Shown here: piece after piece, positions 1 to 12,984 of the stretch
Layout of the letters: the number at the start of each line of letters is the position of its first letter
Numbering within the stretch: the first letter of the stretch is position 1
NCBI GenBank assembly: GCA_012295275.1
Contig: CM022671.1
Location: 6,696,001 to 6,760,000 of the forward strand
DNA from: Chrysomallon squamiferum
Lineage: Eukaryota; Animalia; Mollusca
Reading direction: 5' to 3'
Length of the DNA stretch: 64,000 nt
The notes under the pieces: generated by a model
Databases searched by the model: none
What the model saw: only the letters and a program-made list of their open reading frames with translations
Told to the model about the DNA's origin: nothing
Made by a program: the position numbers and the translations under genes

Positions 1-987
1 AGATACTGCAGGAATTTCACCTAGAACCTGGAATCACGTCAAAGACCTGAGATAAAAAAAAACATTCTCACCTCCACCAGCCTAACGACATTTCCTTCTT
101 ATTGTTACAGCCAATCATAAAACAGTTAATAACTGCTGAACTGAACGTAAAAAATAAAACTCCGATGAACACTATGTATTATTACCTTTACGCAAATTGT
201 GGAGTGAGATTTTATTTATGTACGTGTTGTGTACATAGGGAATACCTCTCATTATTCTATTTCTTTGATGTCTGGATTGTAGCAACATTAATCAATTATC
301 TCCCCTTAAATTATGAATATTGATTGTTGGTCGTTGAGGTGAGGAAATTACCTGAAAATAATTATATCGACAACATCATCTGACACTACGGCGATAGACA
401 TGTGACGTGGGGCGGAAAAAAAAACTTCCAGGCAATTTGCAGCAGTAAACGATAATACATTAGGACGAATCTAAAGTTTTGTTGTGGTTTTTTTTCGGAT
501 TTTTTCCTTTCTTGATAGTAAATGTTGTGTAAATACTGCAGACGTCATGTGAATCAACGAAATCCTTCTTAGTTTGTCTGGCTCTAGTAGAAAATGTTAA
601 GCTATAGAAGATTTTAAAGTTGTTTAATTTTTAAAAATTACAGGTTATATTCTTACAAAGGATGAATCCTGAACAAAGCGTCCTTGACATTGATCGAGTT
701 CTGACGTATTCACACAGGAAGTGATGAATGTGTGACAGTAAGCTCTCCGGAGTATTTCCGTATCAGACAACGACAAGTGACACTTAACTTGTTTTGTTCA
801 GTATACTTCTAAAACAGTATATTTTTAAAATTATTTTGTGTGTGTGTGTGTGTTACTTCTTTAACATGACACAACGTGAAATGTTTAAAACGTTTTCACT
901 TTCTGTACGTATTCTGGATTTTAGAAAAAGGAAGGGAGCCATCTTATGTTTTGCGTTGCATGAACATGAATAGAACAGTTAACAGAT

Positions 988-992
<5 letters not shown>

Positions 993-1075
<83 letters not shown>
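993..1075. repeat. (AG)n microsatellite
   Basis: Perfect AG dinucleotide run. Similar (AG/CT)n runs lie at ~5703-5790, 29020-29089, 29730-29848, 33009-33104, 62503-62580 and 62912-62985. Confidence 0.95.
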
Positions 1076-1078
<3 letters not shown>

Positions 1079-1879
1079 ATTTACGTCGCTGATAATGAAT
1101 CTCGTTCTGTACATTAAACCATGAAATCAGAGATAGGAGTTGATATCGTTCATTAAGTGTCAACATGTCAGTGTTATTAACTGTACACGATGATGTTTAC
1201 ATTCTGCAATAACAGCGTCGTCGTCATTTCCAGATCGTAATTAAAACAATAAAACACTTTTTTTTTGGTCTAAAACAAGAACACAGCTGTGAAGATAAAA
1301 CATAAAATAAAATATAGAACAGAACAAAAAACAACCCAACAACATCAGTGATAATGACAACAACGACAACAACAACAACAACAATACTACTGTTACAACC
1401 ACCATTACCACTACTACTACTAACAAAAACAACAGCAGCAGCAGCAACAATAATAAATAAATAAATAAATAACACTCGACAGTTATTAATGATTACTGTT
1501 ATTATATGTCGGAGAGATGTTATTAAAAGTGGATATTTATCTGCAGTCATTCATCATAAACTCATAACGTGACCACGTCGCAAAACTTCATGTTTGTAAT
1601 GCGTCTGCTACAAAACAAGAATTTCCCTGTGTTTCTGTAACAGTCGCCGTTTGCCGTCAAAAAAGGACTACTACTACCAGTGTTTCTGTTGGTAACAAAA
1701 CAACATATTCCAGAAAACGAACTTAACATCATTTTTTTTCTAATGGTACCGTACAAACTACATGAGTCGGGCAAAATTAGATCAGTACTTTTTAGACCAA
1801 TAACAAATTGCTATTTCTTCACTGGATAGAAATTTCTGGAATCTTCGACACCACGTGTTTCTCATCAGTGTTCGTTCTC

Positions 1880-2565
1880 ATGTCACGAAAGACGGAGATG
1901 TTGTCGTCTTTGTGGAGAAACACGTCGCTGTTGAACTTCTACAGCGCCGTGTTCGGTAACGTCACCAGCTTGCTTCTGTCTACAACCACGCGACAAGACA
2001 ATCAGCAACAGCCACAACAGCAGCAACAACAGCAAGACACGCTGCTGGACGAGATTCTTTATTTCAGAGCGAGAATTAACGGGATCGGTGGAACGTCTGT
2101 CGCCGTGTTCGGCATCGTCTGCAACATCATTTCAATCGTCGTCCTAGCCAATTACAAACAGAAGTCGTCCACGCCGTTCCTCTTGATCATCCTCGCCGTG
2201 TACGACAGCATCGCGCTGTTTTCCGAGATGATGCTGGAGACGGTGATGCTGCTGAGCAGAGTGGAGCTGATTTCTCGGAAGTACTTCGACCACGTCATAT
2301 CCGTTTATGTCGTCATGTACCCGGTACCGCACGTGGCTCAGACTGGGTCTATCTACATGACTGTGCTCATCACCATAGAGAGATTCATTGCTGTCGTCAT
2401 TCCTTTCCAAGCTGTGAGGTAATAATAATAGTAACAACAACAACAACAACAACAACAACGACAATAATAATGATAATAATAATAATAATAACAATAATAA
2501 TAATAATTATAATAATAATAATTATAATAATAATAATGATAATGATAATAATAGTAATAATAATA

Positions 2566-2623
<58 letters not shown>

Positions 2624-4259
2624 GCATAGAGTAGTAGTACAAGTAGTAGTAGTAGTAGTAGTGATAGTTGTAGTAATAGCAGTAATAATAGAATTGGTAA
2701 GAATGTTAGTACAGATAGCAGTAGTAGCAGAATTATAATGATTGTTGTTGTTGTTGTATTTCCTTCACTGCTTCATTATCAATATCTTTTCCTTTGAATT
2801 TTCCTTATTCTCTTTTTTTTTTTTTTCACTGAACCAGAACGACTGAAAGAAATTATGTATAATACTTGAAGTGTTGAGAAATATTTTCAGAAATAGAAAC
2901 TTAATATGTCAGACTTCGTCAGATATTATTTATTTAAATAATTGTGAAAAAGATATTAGTTATTAATATAACTGTATAAACAAAATGTTAGTTATTTATA
3001 TATAACTTTAGAAATTGTATGTTAGTTATTTATATAACTGTACAACCAACACATTAGTTATTTATATAAATGTACAAACAAGACGTTAGTTATTTATCTT
3101 GTTTAGACGTTAATTATTTATAATAACTGTACAAATAAATTGTCATTATTTATATAACTGTACAAACCATATTAGTTATTTATATAACTGTACAAACAAG
3201 ATGTTAGTTATTTATATACCTGTATAAACAAGATGTTAGTTATTTATATAACTGCACAAACACGATGTTAGTTAGTTATATATATAACTGTACAAACAAG
3301 ATGTTAGTTATTTATATAACTGTACAAACAAGATGTTAGTTATTTATATAACTGTACAAACAAGATGTTAGTTATTTATATAACTGTACAAACAAGATGT
3401 TAGTTATTTATATAACTGTACAAATAAGATGTTATTATTTATATAACTGTATAAACAAGATGTTAGTTATTTATATAACTGTACAAACAAGATGTTAGTT
3501 ATTTATATACCTGTACAAACAAGACGTTAATTATTTATAGTAAATGTACAAATAAATTGTCATTGTTTATATAACTGTACAAACCATATTAGTTATTTAT
3601 ATAACTGCACAAACAAGATATTAGTTATTTATATACCTGTACAAACAAGATGTTAGTTATATGTATAACTGTACAAACAAGATGTTAGTTATTTATATAA
3701 CTGCACAAACAAGATGTTAGTTATTTATATACCTGTACAAACAAGATGTTAGTTATATATATAACTGTACAAACAAGACGTTAGTTAGTTATATAACTAT
3801 ACAAACAAGATGTTATTTATATAACTGTATAAACGCGATAGTTATTTATATAACTGTACAAACAAGATGTTAGTTATTTATACAACTGTATAAACGCTTT
3901 AGTTATTTATATACCTGTACAAACAAGATGTTAGTTATTTATATATGAGTACAGAGGTATGGTAGATAAATAGCGGTACTGATTGTCTATTTCGCCGCAT
4001 CCTGGCAGACGAGTTTCTGACGTTTGATGTGGTTGATGAACAGCGGAATGCACGTTCATTTAGTGAGTGGAAGAAGCAAGGCTGTGGTTTTAGTTAAACA
4101 GTTTCAGAAATTCACGCTGCTAAATTTTTAAAATAAATAATTATATTAGAAAGAATACTGTGAAGCCTTTCATTTCTAGTAATTCGTTTCCTCCACGAAA
4201 TTCTAACTCGTTATTTTAGCTGCTCTTATTTGTTTGTTTTATATTTATGTATGTCTGTG

Positions 4260-4343
<84 letters not shown>

Positions 4344-5140
4344 TCAGGGGTAGGATTATTGTTGTTGTTGTTGTTTTTGCTGCTGCTGCTGCTGCTGCTA
4401 CTATTATTATCATCCACCTGTTTATTCGTTAATGCTTATATTTTTTCAGGTATTGTAAGATATCTGTGGCATGGAAGGCGTGCTTGGTCATATTCGCCTG
4501 GGCGGTCGTCTATCACGCACCCATGTACATGGCGTATACCTACACCGACGGCGTCTGGAACGACGTGCTCAACGCAACAGGCGTGGTTTTCAAGAGGACG
4601 GCATTCGGCACCAGCTTCTTCTACAACGAAGTGTACGTCACGTGGATTAACTTCGTCTTCGACTTTTTGCTCCCGTTCGTGGCCATTGCGGTTCTGAACG
4701 TGCTCATTCTGAAGGCCATGAGGACCAGCCGGCAGCAGTTCGTTCCTTGCGAGGGTCGGCAGCAGACGACTCAGAACAGAGGCAGAGACACGAGGATGAC
4801 CGTCATGGTTTTGGCGGTAACTGCCGTGTTCTTCGTCTGCCAGCTGTTCACGGCGGTGGCGTTCGTGATGATGCGAGGTCTGAACAAGTACTCCGACTGT
4901 TCGTTGGCCTGCAACAACTTCACCGCCGTCGCCGATTTGATGATCCTCGTAAACTCGGCGGTTAATTTCATCCTGTACTGCGCCGTGGGTAAGAAATTCA
5001 GAGAAATAATTGTACACGTTTTCTGTAATTACAGACAGAGCAAAACGTCGTCGACAAATCAGACTGAGTTATCAGATCACAGTTCAAAGATCCGAGTTAG
5101 ACAACCACATAATTCTTACAACGTGAAACAGGCAACGTAA
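1880..5140 (+). CDS. Class A GPCR, FMRFamide-receptor/sex-peptide-receptor-like (2 exons, ~409 aa)
   Basis: Exon 1 is 1880-2418 (ATG 1880, alternative ATG 1898), ending AG|gtaata. Exon 2 is 4450-5140 (tttcag|G TAT TGT) and the frame is preserved (...FQAVR-YCKISVAWKACL...). Motifs: GIVCNIISIVVL (TM1), LAVYD (TM2), TIERFIAV (E/DRY), LLPF (TM5), FFVCQ (TM6), NSAVNFILY (NPxxY variant typical of invertebrate FMRFaR-like receptors), GKKFR (helix 8). Confidence 0.9.
2421..2700. repeat. Compound microsatellite (CAA)n-(AAT)n-(AGT)n at intron 5' end
   Basis: Directly follows the donor GT at 2419. Confidence 0.95.
2955..3945. repeat. 32-bp minisatellite, ~30 copies
   Basis: Unit GTTAGTTATTTATATAACTGTACAAACAAGAT with period 32 (e.g. 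3301 and 3333). It lies inside the GPCR intron. Confidence 0.95.
4261..4410. repeat. Compound microsatellite (TTA)n-(TTG)n-(TGC)n at intron 3' end
   Basis: Ends ~40 nt before the acceptor AG at 4448-4449. It is the reverse complement, in mirrored order, of the repeats at the intron 5' end. Confidence 0.9.
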
Positions 5141-5721
5141 CCATCCACATAATTCTTAAAACGTAAAAAAGAAACTTTCCTGATAATTCATAAAACGTGA
5201 AAGTAAGTAATTCTCATTACCTAACTCAGGCAATTTAACTTCTTTACTACTGCTACTACTGCTATTTGTACTACTACTACTACATAAATACACCCCACTC
5301 ATAAAGCAAGAATCCAGACTCTGTTCAGTTAACACAAAAAAGAAAGAGGTCAGTGGACTGTACTGCAAGTACAAAGAGATACGTGAAGCTCAGTTTCAAA
5401 TTTAAAAACGTATTTTCGTTACAACAGTGTAAAATGACAAAAATACATGTACACTGATGTAGTGAAATTAGAGATAATGTTGAAATGATTTTTTATATGG
5501 AATCGCTACAAATTTTTTAAATTTATTTATTTATTTATTTATTTTTTTGATTTAATTGGGAAAATCATAATTAGTGACTACATTTAAGTTTTATATTTCC
5601 ACTTACTGTCTCATATTTATGAACAAGATGATGTATATAGTAACATATTTTTTTTTTTTTGAAAACTAAATGAAATAAAAGTTTTCTAAATCTGTGTAAT
5701 AGTCTGTTTAGTTATTTTATT

Positions 5722-5792
<71 letters not shown>

Positions 5793-6089
5793 ACAATGTA
5801 ACAAGTGTTATTAAATAATTTTTATTATACATAAGTATAACATGGACGGAATGTATCTTCATAAGCATTTTTACAATAAACATAACACACAGTCAACACT
5901 GTTTACAAGTCAAAGATAGTCACAAATTTAAAGAATAAAACATCACAGCTGTTGAATATAAGATAATTAAACAGATAAATGTTCCACACAAACAAGAAAT
6001 GAAATGGTGTGTGTGTATTTGTATTAGTAAATTGTAAGAGGTTTGTGACAGTGTAATATTAAATTATATTACTCTATATTAATGTATGT

Positions 6090-6545
6090 ACAGTAAAATT
6101 TTAGTGACTGTACAGTAAGATATTAGTGAGTGTAATAAGATGCTAGTGTCTGTATCAGCTTTTTAAGATACTGTACAATAAGATGTATAAGATATTAGTG
6201 ATTGAACAATAGGATGTTGTATGATGAGATACTAGTACAATAAAATATTTGTGACTGTACAGTAAGACTTTGTATAAGTTATTAGTGTCTCTATAATAAA
6301 ATGTCAGTGACTGTACACTATGACACTAGTGACTGTTCAGATACTAGTGACTGTAGAATAAGATGCTAGTGACTGTACAATAAATTATTAGTTTTAATTC
6401 AGTAAGATTTCGTATAAGTTAGTAATGTCTCTATAATAAAACGTCAGTGACTATACAATAAGATGCTAGTGACTGTGTCAGATATTAGTGACTGTACAAT
6501 AATAAGATGCTAGTGACTGTGTCAGTGAGATGTTAGTGACTGCTC
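6090..6545. repeat. ~22-bp degenerate minisatellite overlapping the IFT22 stop codon
   Basis: Unit ~AGATGCTAGTGACTGTACAATA. The last copy (agatgTTAgtgactg, ~6528-6542) contains the reverse-complement stop of IFT22. Confidence 0.85.
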
Positions 6546-7259
6546 ATGATGCTGAGTTCTTCCTGCTCCTGCCTGTCAGACATGGCTGAGACGAGTTTGC
6601 CGAGGTATTTACTGAACTCTTTCTGAACCGTCTCCGCATCATCCTCAATGTTTGTGTGAATCACCGGAATCTTGTTGAAGTTTGACGCTGCAAGAAAAAC
6701 CTCAAACTTAGTAACTTTGTTAACATACATGTAAAATTTGTCACTGCTACAAAAAATATCAAATTTAGTAACTTTGTAATGTTAATGTAAAATTTGTCAC
6801 AACTACGAAAAACATCAAACTTGGCAACTTTGTCATATAAATGTAAAATTTGTCACTGCTACAAAAAACTTCAAACTTAGTAACTTTTTAATACAAATAT
6901 AAGAAAATAAACAAGGGACACAACTCTAAATTAACACCGAAGTTAAAAAGAAATTACAGATTGCAGAACTTAGATTTTTATTTGTTTGAGACAAGATAGT
7001 AGATAAAATGGTAGTGGTTCAGTTTAATTTTGTTAACTTCATATGACAACACTTTCTTCTGCTGAATTTCAAAGACTTGCTATATTTTATTTTATGTTAC
7101 TGACTTCTAAATGCATCTTCCAGTGGGCTATATAATGGATTTTGATAAATTAGGTACAGTGGATAATAAATTTAAGAAACCAAACTGTTTTAGTAAAAAA
7201 TAAATTAACTCAGAAAACATTTCAAATACACAGCATATGTTATCATAAATGGTAGAAAA

Positions 7260-7324
<65 letters not shown>

Positions 7325-8176
7325 CAATAATAATAATAATAACAGTAATAATAATAACAATAATATTCTTATTATTAATCTTATTACTATTCTTATGATC
7401 ACAGCAACAGTTTAATTAACCAAATGAAATTATAAACAACATATTTCACAAACAGCTGTTATGTTCACTAAACATAAAGCTGTTTAAGGATTGTAGTACA
7501 CGTAACAAGTAAGTAAATAAAAAGGTGAAAACTCACACAGATCTCCAGCGTCACTGTCTGGAGTCTCAGGTTTGTGGTGAGCAAGAAGACAACACTGAAA
7601 ATCTCGCAGACCTTGTTGTTCCACAAAGTAGGTGTACCTGCAACAACCACAACTTCATTAAAAACTTGACACTGAAATACAGAAACTTCACGTTTCAAAC
7701 ACTGAAATACAAAAACTTCACGTTTCAGACATTAATGCAGAAACCTCACTCTTGAAACACTGAAATACGAAAACTTTTGACTTCAAACATTAATATAAAA
7801 ACTTCACTTACAACATTAAAATACAAAAGTTTCATACTTGAGACATTAAAGTATAAAATTTCACTTGAAACCCTAAAATATAAAAACTACACATTTCATA
7901 AACATGAATTTATACACTAAATAAATCCTCTGTTTGTGTGTTTTAATATCCAGAATAATTACATGGAAACAAAATAAAAAAAAAAAATGTACTGAAAGTG
8001 TTTTATAGTTTTGTTTGTTAACTTCAAGTCTGTATAAGTTAAATACAAGTCAGCACATACCACATATCTAGTTGTCTGCCATGACTAGCTTCATTTGGGT
8101 TGTATACAAACACTACACCAACTGAATCTCGTGCTATCGCTGGCCAACATGCCTCAAACCTGAAAAGAGAAAAAAT

Positions 8177-8240
<64 letters not shown>

Positions 8241-8851
8241 GATATAATCTTATTTTTGAAACAAGCCACTTTTGAATTATATATACTCAGTTACCTGGGA
8301 TTAACTAAAAATACACTTGGTCATAAAAAAATAATAATAATAAAATTTAAAAAAATAAATATAAAGTTTATAACACTAAATTGGAAATTATATCATGCTC
8401 ACTTTTTGTCCCCACTACAATCCCACAATTCAACTTCCATAGGGACTGCTTTGTTTGCAGAGTTAGCAGTAGTTTCAAACTCGAGAATTCTGAAAATATA
8501 TAAACAAACAACATTAATAATAATAATAGTGGTTGTAGTAGTAGTTGTAAAAATATTAATGTTTTTATATTTAACATGGCAATTTACATTTGTAAGTATA
8601 TATAATATAATAATAAATGTAAATACAGTTACAAATTTAAGAAGAAAACAAAAAAATATTTACCTCACACCTTGAGTTGGATGATAATCACCACCAGAAG
8701 TTTCTGTAGCTTCGGCAAAAAAATTGGTTAAAACAGTTTTACCACTCTGAAACAGAGTGAATGTGAATTTTTCTTAATGATAAACATATATATATAAACA
8801 GATAAAATCATAAATGCTTACAAAATGATTTAAAAAACGGTGTTCAGATCT

Positions 8852-8916
<65 letters not shown>

Positions 8917-9143
8917 CTTACTATTTTTATATTGAGAGAAAAACCTAACAATTATACAAAACGATATTAGGTACGTATCGAAATCATGAACAACAATGAC
9001 ATAAAGTTGATATTCATCTATGAAAATTAAAACGATTATCTTGAATACATAGCCTGTACAGCGAAAAGATGAATTTATGAAATTACTGCTCTATCATTTT
9101 ATACCTCGCATGGTCCCAGCATCAGAACTTTAACCTTTTGCAT
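6533..9143 (-). CDS. IFT22: Intraflagellar transport protein 22 (Rab-like 5), 6 exons, 187 aa
   Basis: Minus-strand exons 9143-9105, 8746-8664, 8489-8403, 8159-8061, 7637-7537 and 6687-6533, all GT-AG and 564 nt in frame. The protein reads MQKVKVLMLGPCE-SGKTVLTNFFAE...YHPTQGVR-ILEFE...VELWDCSGDKK-FEACWPA...LDMW-YTYFVEQQGLRDFQCCLLAHHKP...HTNIEDDAETVQKEFSKYL...MSDRQEQEELSIM. This matches the IFT22/RABL5 signature (GPCESGKT, PTQGVRILEF, LWDC, CWPA, AHHKP). Confidence 0.96.
6687..6895 (-). repeat. ~56-bp tandem repeat (4 copies) spanning the IFT22 last-exon acceptor
   Basis: Copies start at 6687, 6746, 6802 and 6858. On the minus strand each ends in a pyrimidine tract plus YAG, and the copy at 6687 is the real acceptor. 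Confidence 0.85.
7650..7900. repeat. ~28-bp degenerate minisatellite abutting the IFT22 exon 5 acceptor
   Basis: Unit ~AAACTTCACGTTTCAAACACTGAAATAC. Confidence 0.75.
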
Positions 9144-9640
9144 GTTGTTTACTTGATAAACAAGAACTAACACAGGAATCCGATAAACGTTTAGACTGGT
9201 CCGCTTCAAGTATTAAAATGCACCAGTCTAAAATATAACTCTCCTCCCCCCCCGACCCGCCATTGATAAAATAATGCGTTTAACAACAGTAATTTCCCCT
9301 TTATCAGCCATGTTTTAAATATTTATTTATTTTTATATTTTATAATTAATATGTCTAAATTCATTCAAAATAATTTAGTCGAGCATGGTGTATATACTGT
9401 TGTTAGTTTTATCGTTTTATGTGTGTGCATATTGTAATAATGATAATAATAGCAACAAAATATAAAAAAACCACCAACAATAAAAACAACATAAATCAAG
9501 AATTATATTCCTCGTAATTTTATGTACATTTTAATATTTTAATATTTTAAAATGTCTGACTTCCAACACAGAATAAATATAAATTAATAAATATATCTAA
9601 TACCACACAAATAGCTTAACTGAAATATCAAACCAAAATG

Positions 9641-9679
<39 letters not shown>

Positions 9680-9742
9680 GTGTGTATTTTGTAAGCTTGG
9701 CGACCTCTGAAGAATATTTTTAATTTTTTATCTTTAACGTTT

Positions 9743-9777
<35 letters not shown>

Positions 9778-10169
9778 TTGTTTTTTTTGTTACGGGATCT
9801 GGTATAAAATGGAAGTTTAAGCATATTAGATGCATGATGGATTATAATAATAACAGTTACAACAATAACACCTCCACCACCACCACCACCACCACCACCA
9901 CCACCACCAACAACAACAACAATAATAATAATAATAATAAGCTTGCAAAAAATCAAAAGACGACTGAAAAATAAATGAGTGAGAAGGGAGATAACTCATA
10001 ATAAATTAATAATTGTTTATTACGAACGTGGGCTGTTATAAAGCACTTATTTACATTATCTGTATTTCAGTTATAATTTTTATTGTCTTCACTTTTAAAC
10101 AGTTACAAGAAAAATATCCTTCATATATAAAAATATTTAATGTTCATAACAACAATATTACAAACATTA

Positions 10170-10230
<61 letters not shown>

Positions 10231-10618
10231 TAAATCAATCAATCAACAACACAAAAGTAAATCAATACTGCTACAACAACTACTACTATTACTACTACTA
10301 CTGCTACTGCTACTACTACTACTAATAATAATAATCATAATCATAATAATAGTAACAATAAGGTAATTTAAATCACCTAGGAGAAACAGTTAAATAAAAA
10401 GGTTTTATGGTCTAACAAGGGACATTTCCATGTTACTGAACGTGTAAGTACGTCTGTCAGTGTGTTTGTGGTATTTTCACGGACACAAAGGAATGTGACA
10501 TCACTGGGTTTGGGGCGAGTGGGGCGGGTGGGGGGTAAGTGTTAGCGGATAACTTCTTTCAACAAGTGAAATTTAACCTGCTGGCTGTGTGCGTTGTTTT
10601 ATTGTGTAACTGAAGCGT

Positions 10619-10663
<45 letters not shown>

Positions 10664-11349
10664 AGACGCAGGAAACGTACTGGTGATTCGAGCTGTGTGT
10701 AGGTCTGTGCGTGTTGTACGTAACACACTAGACGTGTCCAGTAAAGCTGGTGGGTGGGAGAGACAAATAAGCAGTAGTGCATGTGTACTGATTGATACAG
10801 CCGACACTGATAAAACTGGTACCTGTGCACGAGGCATTCACCCGGATTAACTGATTAGGAACAGGAGTTTTGCAGGTGTTGTTAACAGGTAAGTTTCAAT
10901 TTGCAAGCTTTCATTTAATTTTATTTACCTTCTTTGTGTGATTACGTTCGTGTGTGTGTGTGTGTCTGTGTGTGTTAATTTATGTATTACGTATGTACGT
11001 GTGTATGTATGTATGGTGTGCAGGTACGTGTCAGTGTGTCAGTGTGATGTATTTCATTATTTCATTATAATTAGTTTCACATAAATCTTTCTAATGCTAT
11101 TTTCATTGAAATACAAACCTATCCGATTTCTTTAACCTCGGAAACAAGAAGGAAGGAAATAAATTAAAGAATTATAAATTACCTAAAGCTATTATTAAGC
11201 GGATGCAGTTTCCAAGTAGTTTAATTTCAGAACTACTACAGTTTTTTTCTGAGATAACTGAAAACAGTTTTAAAAGTACAAACAACCTTCGTGTACTTAA
11301 TCATTTATTTAAATTACAAAGATCAGCACAACACCGACATCGTTAGATT

Positions 11350-11505
11350 AGAACTACCACTGCTTACAACAACCACTGCTTATTACAACCACTGTTTATT
11401 ACAACCACTGTTTATAGAACCACTGCTTATTACACGATTGCTTACGACACATTTTTATTATAACAGCCACTTATTATAACAACCTCTTATTACAACAACC
11501 ATTGA
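11350..11505. repeat. ~16-bp degenerate minisatellite
   Basis: Unit ~AACCACTGCTTATTAC. Confidence 0.7.
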
Positions 11506-12374
11506 TAATAGCATTCACTTTTCTAAACAGAATGAGATTAATTTTCTTACTGTAATCGCTGTCTGTGTCTGTAATTATTTTCTCTTTCTCGTGTTTTATT
11601 TTTTTCTATGACTTTTTTACTCTTAATCCTATCAACATAAACGAACGAATAAAAACAAATATAATAAATAAGTATAAAAACAAACATAAACAAATAGGTA
11701 AATAAATAAATAAACAACCAAACAAATAAGTAAACAAACAAACAAACAAGTAAACAAACAAACAAGTAAACAAACAAACAAGCAAACAAACAAATAAATA
11801 AAACCGAATAAATAACTAAATAAGCTATTTAGAAATATATATAACCATTACACCTTATTATGATTATTACTGTTAATGTAAGTATTATCGTTGTTATTAT
11901 TATTATTTTCTTATGCTGTTACTACTACAACTGGTACTACTTCTACCACTACTGCAACTACTAATTTCGCTGATATTAATACTCCTTCTATACTTTATTA
12001 TTATTATTATTATTATGTTGTTGTTGTTGTTGTTGTTGATATCTGTTTTTGTTATAAGTAAGTTATTAAAAACATAGAACGTTGACAGCATTATCAAACA
12101 GGATTAGTGTACTGACGTGTTTAAAAATAGTAGGAATGTGTGAAATGTGACAGATGACAGACAAACAGACACACCGAGGTGTTGATGTATGGATCTCTCA
12201 CTCACCGAATCGTCCTACATAAATCAAACATAGAAAAACACTAACTTACAGCGAAAAATATATATTATTACGTTTAATTTACTTCTTTTTATTTATTTAT
12301 TTGATATTTTTTTTTTTTTTTTTTTTTTTTTTTATTTTTATTTTTATTTATTTTTTTTATTTTTTTATTTGGTT

Positions 12375-12407
<33 letters not shown>

Positions 12408-12666
12408 TTGTTGCTTTATTTTTATTTATTTTTGTTAAAGATTATACAGAATGGTATCAGCGCCATCTTAGCAGCAGTGTAGACAACTCGTGCAAAACAT
12501 TGCACTTGGACCACTACGTATTATAAAAATTAATATTATAATTGTTCATCATCTTTAGTGAAATAAATACTAAATATACATTTTCCAATAACAAATATTA
12601 ACAATTTAATATAGCATAGTATTAATTTATTAACTGAGATCCAGTCACAACTTGTATAGATTATTA

Positions 12667-12732
12667 TGGGGCCCCTCAGCCCAGGAAACGCCTGTCAAAC
12701 GCCCTACATGCGTCTGTGTTAAGCCAGCCCTG
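12667..12732 (-). mobile_element. Possible MITE/DNA-transposon terminal fragment
   Basis: GC-rich islet with GGGGCCCC, ending in TTAAGCCAGCCCTG. Its reverse complement CAGGGCTGGCTTAA resembles CAGGG-type terminal inverted repeats. No partner TIR was found. Confidence 0.3.
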
Positions 12733-12984
12733 AATGTTAGACGTCCCAATGTTTAGAGACGAATATACGACATAAACTACAATGGTAGGCTTTATGACGT
12801 TTAGAAAAGATTACACAACATTAAACACTATTTGTAAACATCATAGTTCTTAGCTGGGTCAGTGATCTGATTAGGAAAAGTTGTATAAATATTTTGTTTG
12901 TTTAGTGTTTGTTTTGTTAGACACGTGTCAGTATTTTATTTAAAAAAAAAATAAAAAAGTAAAAAAATAAAAAGTTGACTTAAA

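Noticed and set aside
1808-1879. TTG-initiated extension of the GPCR ORF
   Set aside because: Non-ATG start. The first in-frame ATG is at 1880.
2955-3945. 32-bp array as another exon-edge repeat
   Set aside because: It lies ~500 bp from either splice site and counts as an unanchored control, as do 11350-11505 and 26610-26850.
4436-5017. 193-aa antisense ORF, and similar ones at 35261-35660, 41647-41880, 49526-49903 and 61250-61804
   Set aside because: These are shadows of real genes on the opposite strand. Their similarity to each other reflects the paralogous sense genes.
10622-10662. Poly(A) runs here and at 28730-28767 as retrocopy tails
   Set aside because: No upstream retrogene body or target-site duplications are visible, and homopolymers are common in this window.
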